In this document: positions 1 to 12,290 of the stretch, piece by piece | How the letters are laid out: each line of letters opens with the position of its first letter | Numbering within the stretch: position 1 is the stretch's first letter | Source: Eledone cirrhosa | Lineage: Eukaryota | Direction: 5' to 3' | Length of the DNA: 64,000 nt | NCBI GenBank assembly: GCA_964016885.1 | Contig: OZ024755.1 | Location: 43,958,001 to 44,022,000, forward strand | Program-made: the position numbers and the translations under genes | The notes under the pieces: model-generated | What the model saw: the letters and a program-made list of their open reading frames with translations, nothing else | Database searches by the model: none | What the model was told of the DNA's origin: nothing

Positions 1-3000
1 CCAACATATACTGTGTACCATAGTTGACATTACCAACGTATATTGTGTTCCACAGTTGACAGTACCAACATGTACTGTGTACCACATTTGACAGTACCAA
101 CGTATACTGTGTACCACAGTTGACAGTACCAACGTATACTGTGTACCACAGTTGACAGTACCAACATATAACGTGTACCACAGTTGGCAGTACCATCATA
201 TACTGTGTACCACAGTTGACAGTACCAACATATATTGTGTACCACAGTTGACAGTACCAACATATACTGTGTACCATAGTTGACATTACCAACGTATATT
301 GTGTACCACAGTTGACAGTACCAACATATCCTGTGTACCTCAGTTGACAGTACCAACATATACTGTATACCACAGTTGACAGTACCAACATATAATGTGT
401 ACCACTGTTGACAGTACCAATATATACCGTGTACCACAGTTCACAGTACCAAAGTATACAGTGTACCACATTTGACAGTACAAACATATACTGTGTACCA
501 CAGTTGACAGTACCAACATATACTGTGTACCACTGTTGACAGTACCAACATATACTCTGTACCACAGCTGACACTACCAACATATACTTGTACCTCAGTT
601 GACAGTACTACCATATATTGTGTACCACCGTTGACAATACCAACGTATACTGTGTACCACAGTTGACAGTACCAACGTATACTGTGCACCACAGTTGACA
701 GTACCGACATATACTGTGTACCACAGTTGACAATACCAACATATACTTTGTACCACGGTTGACAGTACCAACGTATACTGTGTACCACTGTTGACAATAT
801 CAACATATACTGTGTACCACAGTTGACATTACCAACATATACAGTGTACCACAGTTGACAGTAGCAACATATACTGTGTACCACAGTTGACAGTACCAAC
901 ATATACTGTGTACCACAGTTGACAGTACCAACATATACTGTGTACCATAGTTGATAGTACCAACGTATATTGTGTACCACAGTTAAGAGTACCAACATAC
1001 ACCGTGTACGACAGTTGACAGTAAAAACATATACTGTGTACCACAGTTGAATGTACCAGAGTATAGTGTGTACCACACTTGACAGTCCCAACATATTCTG
1101 TATACCACAGTTGACAGTACCAACATATACAGTGTACCACTGTTGACAGTACCAACATATACCGTGTACCACAGTTGACAGTACCAACATATACTGTGTA
1201 CCACAGTTGAGACTACCAACATATACTGGGTACGACTGTTGACAGTAACAACATATACTATGTACCACAGTTGACAGTACCAACATATACTGTGTACCAC
1301 AGTTGACAGTACCAACCTATACTGTGTACCACAGTTGACAGTACCAACGTATACTGGGTACCACATTTGACACTACCAACATATACTGTGTACCACAGTT
1401 GACAGTACCAACGTATGCTGTGTACCACAGTTGACGATACCAACATATACTGTGTACCACAGTTGACAGTACCAACATATACTGTATACCACAGTTGACA
1501 GTACCGACATATACTGTGTACCACAGTTGACAATACCAACATATACTTTGTACCACGGTTGACAGTACCAACGTATACTGTGTACCACTGTTGACAATAT
1601 CAACATATACTGTGTACCACAGTTGACATTACCAACATATACAGTGTACCACAGTTGACAGTAGCAACATATACTGTGTACCACAGTTGACAGTACCAAC
1701 ATATACTGTGTACCACAGTTGACAGTACCAACATATACTGTGTACCATAGTTGATAGTACCAACGTATATTGTGTACCACAGTTGAGAGTACCATCATAC
1801 ACCGTGTACGACAGTTGACAGTAAAAACATATACTGTGTACCACAGTTGAGAGTACCAACATAAACTGTGTACCACAGTTGACAGTACCAACATATACTG
1901 TGTACCACAGTTGACAGTACCAACATATACTGTGTACCACAGTTGACAGTACCAACATATACTGTATACCACAGTTGACAGTACCAACATATACTGTGTA
2001 CCACAGTTGACAGTACCAACATATACTGTGTACCACAGTTGACAGTACCAACATATACTGTGTACCACAGTTGACAGTACTAACATATACTGTGTACTAC
2101 AGTTGACAGTACCAACATATATTGTGTACCACAGTTGACAGTACCAACATATACTGTGTACCACAGTTGGCAGTACCAACATATAATGTGTACCTCAGTT
2201 GACAGTACCAACATATACTGTGTACCACAGTTGACAGTTCCAACGTATACTGTGTACCACAGTTGACAGTACCAACGTATACAGTGTACCACAGTTGACA
2301 GTACCAATATATACAGTGTAACACAGTTGACAATACCAACATATAATGTGTACCACAGTTGACAGTACCAACGTATACTGTGAACCACTGTTGGCAATAC
2401 CAACATATACTGTGTACTACAGTTGACAGAACCAACATATACAGTGTACCACAGTTGACAGTACCAACATATACTGTGTACCACAGTTGACAGTACCAAC
2501 ATATACTGTGTACCACAGTTGACAGTACCAACATATACTGTGTACCACAGTTCACAGTACCAACGTATACTGTGTACCACATTTGACATTACCAACATAT
2601 ACTGTGTACCACAGTTGACAGTACCAACATATACTGTGTACCACTTTTGACAGTACCAACATATACCGTGTATCACATTTGACAGTACCAACATATACTG
2701 TGTACCACTGTTGACAGTACCAACATATACTGTGTACCACAGTTGACATTACCAACATGTACCGTGTACCACAGTTGACAGTACCAACGTATACTGTGTA
2801 CCACAGTTGACAATACCAACATATACTGTGTACCACAGTTGACAGTACCAACATATACTGTGTACCACAGTTGAAAGTACCAACGTATACTGTGTACCAC
2901 AGTTGACAACACCAACATATACTGTGTACCACAGTTGACAGTACCAACATATACTGTATACCACAGTTGACAGTACCAACATATACTGTGTACCACAGTT

Positions 3001-6000
3001 GACAGTACCAACATATACTGTGTACCACAGTTGACAGTACCAACATATACTGTATACCAGAGTTGACAGTACCAACATATACTGTGTACCACTGTTGACA
3101 GTACCAACATATACAGTGTACCACAGTTGACATTACCAACTTATACTGTGTACCACAGCTGACAATACCAACATATACTTGTACCTCAGTTGACAGTACT
3201 ACCATATATTGTGTACCACCGTTGACAATACCAACGTATACTGTGTACGACAGTTGACAATACCAACGTATACTGTGCACCACAGTTGACAGTACCAACA
3301 TATACTGTGTACCACAGTTGACAATACCAACATATACTGTGTACCACAGTTGACAATACCAACACATATAGTGTACCAGAGTTGACAATACCAACACATA
3401 TAGTGTACCACAGTTGACAGTACCAACGTATACTGTGTACCACAGTTGCCAATGCCAACATATACTGTGTACCACAGTTGAGAGTACCAACATGTACCGT
3501 GTACCACAGTTGACAGTACCAACGTATACTGTGTACCACAGTTGACAGTACCAACGTATACTGTTTACCACAGTTGACAATACCAACATATACTGTGTAC
3601 CAGAGTTGACAGTACCCACATATACTGTGTACCACAGTTGACAGTTCCAACATATAAGGTGTACCACTGTTGATACTACCGACATATACTGTGTAGCACA
3701 GTTGACAGTACTAACATATACTGTGTACCACAGTTGAGAGTACCACCATATACTGGGTACCACTGTTGACAGTACCAACATATACTGTGTACCACAGTTG
3801 ACAGTACCAACATATACTGTGTACCATAGTTGACAGTACCAACATATCCTGTGTACCTCAGTTGTCAGTACCAACATATACTGTATACCACAGTTGACAG
3901 TACCAACATATACTGTGTACCTCTGTTGACAGTACCAACATATACCGTGTACCACAGTTGACAGTACCAACATATACTGTGTACCACAGCTGACACTACC
4001 AACATATACTTGTACCTCAATTGACAGTACTACCATATATTGTGTACCACCGTTGACAATACCAACGTATACTGTGCACCACAGTTGACAGTACCAACAT
4101 ATACTGTGTACCACAGTTGACAATACCAACATATACTGTGTACCACAGTTGACAATACCAACACATATAGTGTACCACAGTTGACAGTACCAACGTATAC
4201 TGTGTACCACAGTTGCCAATGCCAACATATACTGTGTACCACAGTTGAGAGTACCAACATGTACCGTGTACCACAGTTGACACTACCAACGTATACTGTG
4301 TACCACAGTTGACAATACCAACATATACTGTGTACCACAGTTGACAGTACCAACATATACTGTGTACCACAGTTGAAAGTACCAACGTATACTGTGTACC
4401 ACAGTTGACAACACCAACATATACTGTGTACCACAGTTGACAGTACCAACATATACTGTATACCACAGTTGACAGTACCAACATATACTGTGTACCACAG
4501 TTGACAGTACCAACATATACTGTGTACCACAGTTGACAGTACCAACATATACTGTATACCACAGTTGACAGTTCCAACATATACTGTGTACCACTGTTGA
4601 CAGTACCAACATATACCGTGTACCACAGTTGACAGTACCAACATATACTGTGTACCACAGCTGACACTACCAACATATACTTGTACCTCAATTGACAGTA
4701 TTACCATATATTGTGTACCACCGTTGACAATACCAACGTATACTGTGTACCACAGTTGACAGTACCAACGTATACTGTGCACCACAGTTGACAGTACCAA
4801 AATATACTGTGTACCACAGTTGACAATACCAACATATTGTGTGTACCACAGTTGACAATACCAACACATATAGTGTACCACAGTTGACAGTACCAACGTA
4901 TACTGTGTACCACAGTTGCCAATGCCAACATATACTGTGTACCACAGTTGAGAGTACCAACATATACTGTGTACCACAGTTGACAGTACCAACATATACT
5001 GTGTACCACAGTTGACAGTACCAACATATACTGTGTACCACAGTTGACAGTACCAATGTATACTGTGTACCACAGTTGACAGTACCAACATATACTGTGT
5101 ACCACAGTTGACAGTACCAACATATACTGTGTACCATAGTTGACATTACCAACGTATATTGTGTTCCACAGTTGACAGTACCAACATGTACTGTGTACCA
5201 CAGTTGACAGTACCAACGTATACTGTGTACCACAGTTGACAGTACCAACGTATACTGTGTACCACAGTTGACAGTACCAACATATAACGTGTACCACAGT
5301 TGGCAGTACCATCATATACTGTGTACCACAGTTGACAGTACCAACATATATTGTGTACCACAGTTGACAGTACCAACATATACTGTGTACCATAGTTGAC
5401 ATTACCAACGTATATTGTGTACCACAGTTGACAGTACCAACATATCCTGTGTACCTCAGTTGACAGTACCAACATATACTGTATACCACAGTTGACAGTA
5501 CCAACATATAATGTGTACCACTGTTGACAGTACCAATATATACCGTGTACCACAGTTGACAGTACCAACATATACTGTGTACCACAGCTGACACTACCAA
5601 CATATACTTGTACCTCAGTTGACAGTACTACCATATATTGTGTACCACCGTTGACAATACCAACGTATACTGTGTACCACAGTTGACAGTACCAACGTAT
5701 ACTGTGCACCACAGTTGACAGTACCGACATATACTGTGTACCACAGTTGACAATACCAACATATACTTTGTACCACGGTTGACAGTACCAACGTATACTG
5801 TGTACCACTGTTGACAATATCAACATATACTGTGTACCACAGTTGACATTACCAACATATACAGTGTACCACAGTTGACAGTAGCAACATATACTGTGTA
5901 CCACAGTTGACAGTACCAACATATACTGTGTACCACAGTTGACAGTACCAACATATACTGTGTACCATAGTTGATAGTACCAACGTATATTGTGTACCAC

Positions 6001-7090
6001 AGTTGAGAGTACCAACATACACCGTGTACGACAGTTGACAGTAAAAACATATACTGTGTACCACAGTTGAGAGTACCAACATAAACTGTGTACCACAGTT
6101 GACAGTACCAACATATACTGTGTACCACAGTTGACAGTACCAACATATACTGTGTAACACAGTTGACAGAACCAACATGTACCGTGAACCACAGTTGACA
6201 GTACCAACGTATACTGTGAACCACTGTTGGCAATACCAACATATACTGTGTACTACAGTTGACAGAACCAACATATACAGTGTACCACAGTTGACAGTAC
6301 CAACATATACTGTGTACCACAGTTGACAGTACCAACATATACTGTGTAACACAGTTGACAGAACCAACATGTACCGTGAACCACAGTTGACAGTACCAAC
6401 GTATACTGTTTACCACAGTTGAGAGTACCAACGTATAGTGTGTACCACAGTTGACAGTACCAACATATACTGTGTACCACAGTTGACAGTACCAACATAT
6501 ACTGTGTACCACAGTTCACAGTACCAACGTATACTGTGTACCACATTTGACAGTACCAACATATACTGTGTACCACAGTTGACAGTACCAACATATACTG
6601 TGTACCACTTTTGACAGTACCAACATATACCGTGTATCACATTTGACAGTACCAACATATACTGTGTACCACTGTTGACAGTACCAACATATACTGTGTA
6701 CCACAGTTGATAGTACCAACATGTACCGTGTACCACAGTTGACAGTACCAACGTATACTGTGTACCACAGTTGACAATACCAACATATACTGTGTACCAC
6801 AGTTGACAGTACCAACATATACTGTGTACCACAGTTGAAAGTACCAACGTATACTGTGTACCACAGTTGACAACACCAACATATACTGTGTACCACAGTT
6901 GACAGTACCAACATATACTGTATACCACAGTTGACAGGACCAACATATACTGTGTACCACAGTAGACAGTACCAACATATACTGTGTACCACAGTTGACA
7001 GTACCAACATATACTGTATACCAGAGTTGACAGTACCAACATATACTGTGTACCACAGTTGACAGTACCAACATATACAGTGTACCACAG
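1..7090. repeat. Block duplicated about 12 kb downstream (copy A; probably starts before the window)
   Basis: Line 1 equals line 12121. ORF offsets are +12,120 (441..1286 vs 12561..13406) up to about 3737, then +11,641 (4283..4612 vs 15924..16253; 6253..6594 vs 17894..18235). Confidence 0.9.
565..650. repeat. First copy of the recurrent landmark cassette containing the 31-bp monomer (CAGCTGACACTACCAACATATACTTGTACCTCAGTTGACAGTACTACCATATATTGTGTACCACCGTTGACAATACC)
   Basis: The 1-bp deletion (ctgtgtac -> cttgtac) with linked substitutions recurs 41 times by my count, from 587 to 63526. Confidence 0.9.
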
Positions 7091-8279
7091 TTGACAGTAC
7101 CAACATATACTGTGTACCACAGTTGACAGTACCAATGTATACTGTGTACCACAGTTGACAGTACCAACATATACTGTGTACCACAGTTGACAGTACCAAC
7201 ATATACTGTGTACCATGGTTGACATTACCAACGTATATTGTGTTCCACAGTTGACAGTACCAACATGTACTGTGTACCACAGTTGACAGTACCAACGTAT
7301 ACTGTGTACCACAGTTGACAGTACCAACGTATACTGTGTACCACAGTTGACAGTACCAACATATAACGTGTACCACAGTTGGCAGTACCATCATATACTG
7401 TGTACCACAGTTGACAGTACCAACATATATTGTGTACCACAGTTGACATTACCAACATATACTGTGTACCATAGTTGACATTACCAACGTATATTGTGTA
7501 CCACAGTTGACAATACCAACACATATAGTGTACCACAGTTGACAGTACCAACGTATATTGTGTACCACAGTTGCCAATGCCAACATATACTGTGTACCAC
7601 AGTTGAGAGTACCAACATGTACCGTGTACCACAGTTGACAGTACCAACGTATACTGTGTACCACAGTTGACAATACCAACATATACTGTGTACCACAGTT
7701 GACAGTACCAACATATACTGTGTACCACAGTTGAAAGTACCAACGTATACTGTGTACCACAGTTGACAACACCAACATATACTGTGTACCACAGTTGACA
7801 GTACCAACATATACTGTATACCACAGTTGACAGTACTAACATATACTGTGTACCACAGTTGACAGTACCAACATATACTGTATACCACAGTTGACAGTAC
7901 CAACATATACTGTGTACCACTGTTGACAGTACCAACATATACCGTGTACCACAGTTGACAGTACCAACATATACTGTGTACCACAGCTGACACTACCAAC
8001 ATATACTTGTACCTCAGTTGACAGTACTACCATATATTGTGTACCACCGTTGACAATACCAACGTATACTGTGTACCACAGTTGACAGTACCAACGTATA
8101 CTGTGCACCACAGTTGACAGTACCAACATATACTGTGTAGCACAGTTGACAATACCAACATATACTGTGTACCACAGTTGACAATACCAACACATATAGT
8201 GTACCACAGTTGACAGTACCAACGTATACTGTGTACCACAGTTGCCAATGCCAACATATACTGTGTACCACAGTTGAGA

Positions 8280-10580
8280 GTACCAACATATACTGTGTAC
8301 CACAGTTGACAGTACCAACATATACTGTGTACCACAGTTGACAATACCAACATATACTGTGTACCACAGTTGACAGTACCAACATATACTGTGTACCCTA
8401 GTTGACATTACCAACGTATATTGTGTACCACAGTTGACAGTACCAACATGTACTGTGTACCACAGTTGACAGTACCAACGTATACTGTGTACCACAGTTG
8501 ACAGTACCAACGTATACTGTGTACCACAGTTGACAGTACCAACATATAACGTGTACCACAGTTGGCAGTACCATCATATACTGTGTACCACAGTTGACAG
8601 TACCAACATATATTGTGTACCACAGTTGACAGTACCAACATATACTGTGTACCATAGTTGACATTACCAACGTATATTGTGTACCACAGTTGACAGTACC
8701 AACATACACCGTGTACAACAGTTGCAGGACCAACATATACTGTGTACCACAGTTCACAGTACCAACATAAACTGTGTACCACAGTTGACAGTACCAACAT
8801 ATACTGTATACCACAGTTGACAGTACCAACATATACTGTGTACCACAGTTGACAGTACCAACATATACTGTGTACCACAGTTGACAGTACCAACATATAC
8901 TGTGTACCACAGTTGACAGTACTAACATATACTGTGTACTACAGTTGACAGTACCAACATATACTGTGTACCACAGTTGACAGTACCAACATATACTGTG
9001 TACCACAGTTGACAGTACCAACATGTACTGTGTACCACAGTTGACAGTACCAACATATACTGTGTACCACAGTTGGCAGTACCAACATATACAGTGTACC
9101 ACAGTTGACAGTACCAACATATACTGTGTACCACATTTGACAGTACCAACATATACTGTGTACCACAGTTGACAGTACCAACATGTACCGTGAACCACAT
9201 TTGACAGTACCAACATATACTGTGTACCACAGTTGAGAGTACCAACGTATAGTGTGTACCACAGTTGACAGTACCATCATATACTGTGTACCACAGTTGA
9301 CAGTACCAACATATATTGTGTACCACAGTTGACAGTACCAACATATACTGTGTACCATAGTTGACATTACCAACGTATATTGTGTACCACAGTTGACAAT
9401 ACCAACACATATAGTGTACCACAGTTGACAGTACCAACGTATATTGTGTACCACAGTTGCCAATGCCAACATATACTGTGTACCACAGTTGAGAGTACCA
9501 ACATGTACCGTGTACCACAGTTGACAGTACCAACGTATACTGTGTACCAGAGTTGACAATACCAACATATACTGTGTACCACAGTTGACAGTACCAACAT
9601 ATACTGTGTACCACAGTTGAAAGTACCAACGTATACTGTGTACCACAGTTGACAACACCAACATATACTGTGTACCACAGTTGAGAGTACCAACATATAC
9701 TGTGTACCACAGTTGACAGTACCAACATATACTGTGTACCACAGTTGACAATACCAACATATACTGTGTACCACAGTTGACAGTACCAACATATACTGTG
9801 TACCCTAGTTGACATTACCAACGTATATTGTGTACCACAGTTGACAGTACCAACATGTACTGTGTACCACAGTTGACAGTACCAACGTATACTGTGTACC
9901 ACAGTTGACAGTACCAACGTATACTGTGTACCACAGTTGACAGTACCAACATATAACGTGTACCACAGTTGGCAGTACCATCATATACTGTGTACCACAG
10001 TTGACAGTACCAACATATATTGTGTACCACAGTTGACAGTACCAACATATACTGTGTAACATAGTTGACATTACCAACGTATATTGTGTACCACAGTTGA
10101 CAGTACCAACATACACCGTGTACAACAGTTGCAGGACCAACATATACTGTGTACCACAGTTGCGAGTACCAACATAAACTGTGTACCACAGTTGACAGTA
10201 CCAACATATACTGTGTACCACAGTTGACAGTACCAACATATACTGTGTACCACAGTTGACAGTACTAACATATACTGTGTACTACAGTTGACAGTACCAA
10301 CATATACTGTGTACCACAGTTGACAGTACCAACATGTACTGTGTACCACAGTTGACAGTACCAACATATACTGTGTACCACAGTTGGCAGTACCAACATA
10401 TACAGTGTACCACAGTTGACAGTACCAACATATACTGTGTGCCACATTTGACAGTACCAACATATACTGTGTACCACAGTTGACAGTACCAACATGTACC
10501 GTGAACCACATTTGACAGTACCAACATATACTGTGTACCACAGTTGAGAGTACCAACGTATAGTGTGTACCACAGTTGAC
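8280..10580. repeat. About 1.4-kb diverged tandem duplication marked by the private 31-bp monomer 'tacaacagttgcaggacc'
   Basis: 'taccctagttgacatt' at about 8394/9801 and 'gttgcaggac' at 8721/10128 are both offset by 1,407 (44x32-1). Later parts differ in monomer number. Confidence 0.75.
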
Positions 10581-10590
10581 AGTACCAACA

Positions 10591-12290
10591 TATACTGTGT
10601 ACCACAGTTGACAGTACCAACATATACTGTGTACCACAGTTCACAGTACCAAAGTATACAGTGTACCACATTTGACAGTACCAACATATTCTGTGTACCA
10701 CAGTTGACAGTACCAACATATACTGTGTACCACTGTTGACAGTACCAACATATACCGTGTACCACATTTGACAGTACCAACATATACTGTGTACCACTGT
10801 TGACAGTACCAACATATACTGTGTACCACAGTTGACAGTACCAACATGTACCGTGTACCACAGTTGACAGTACCAACGTATACTGTGTACCACAGTTGAC
10901 AATACCAACATATACTGTGTACCACAGTTGACAGTACCAACATATACTGTGTACCACAGTTGACAGTACCAACGTATACTGTTTATCACAGTTGACAGTA
11001 CCAACGTATACTGGGTACCACATTTGACAGTACCAACATATACTGTGTACCACAGTTGACAGTACCAACGTATACTGTGTACCACAATTGACGATACCAA
11101 CATATACTGTGTACCACAGTTGACAGTACCAACATATACTGTATACCACAGTTGACAGTACCGACATATACTGTGTACCACAGTTGACAATACCAACATA
11201 TACTTTGTACCACGGTTGACAGTACCAATGTATACTGTGTACCACAGTTGACAGTACCAACATATACTGTGTACCACAGTTGACAGTACCAACATATACT
11301 GTGTACCATAGTTGACATTACCAACGTATATTGTGTTCCACAGTTGACAGTACCAACATGTACTGTGTACCACATTTGACAGTACCAACGTATACTGTGT
11401 ACCACAGTTGACAGTACCAACGTATACTGTGTACCACAGTTGACAGTACCAACATATACTGTGTACCACAGTTCACAGTACCAAAGTATACAGTGTACCA
11501 CATTTGACAGTACCAACATATTCTCTGTACCACAGTTGACAGTACCAACATATACTGTGTACCACTGTTGACAGTACCAACATATACCGTGTACCACATT
11601 TGACAGTACCAACATATACTGTGTACCACTGTTGACAGTACCAACATATACTGTGTACCACAGTTGACAGTACCAACATGTACCGTGTACCACAGTTGAC
11701 AGTACCAACGTATACTGTGTACCACAGTTGACAATACCAACATATACTGTGTACCACAGTTGACAGTACCAACATATACTGTGTACCACAGTTGACAGTA
11801 CCAACGTATACTGTTTATCACAGTTGACAGTACCAACGTATACTGGGTACCACATTTGACAGTACCAACATATACTGTGTACCACAGTTGACAGTACCAA
11901 CGTATACTGTGTACCACAATTGACGATACCAACATATACTGTGTACCACAGTTGACAGTACCAACATATACTGTATACCACAGTTGACAGTACCGACATA
12001 TACTGTGTACCACAGTTGACAATACCAACATATACTTTGTACCACGGTTGACAGTACCAATGTATACTGTGTACCACAGTTGACAGTACCAACATATACT
12101 GTGTACCACAGTTGACAGTACCAACATATACTGTGTACCATAGTTGACATTACCAACGTATATTGTGTTCCACAGTTGACAGTACCAACATGTACTGTGT
12201 ACCACATTTGACAGTACCAACGTATACTGTGTACCACAGTTGACAGTACCAACGTATACTGTGTACCACAGTTGACAGTACCAACATATA
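10591..12290. repeat. 832-bp (26-monomer) near-identical tandem duplication
   Basis: ORFs 10641..10943 and 11473..11775 are offset by 832. Shared rare variants include 'ttcacagtaccaaagtatacag', 'gtttatcaca' and 'caattgacgat'. One SNP was seen (ctgtg/ctctg). Confidence 0.88.

Noticed and set aside
1928-1951. LexA/SOS-box-like TACTGT...ACAGTA
   Set aside because: The arms are separated by 12 bp rather than the 8 bp of the E. coli SOS box (CTG-N10-CAG); the CTG-CAG spacings here are 7 and 14.
1943-1963. Sigma70-like promoter in every monomer (perfect TTGACA followed by TATACT, sometimes TATAAT)
   Set aside because: The spacer is 9 bp (or 41 bp to the next monomer), not 16-18 bp, and the context is a satellite with no bacterial genes. 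Coincidental.
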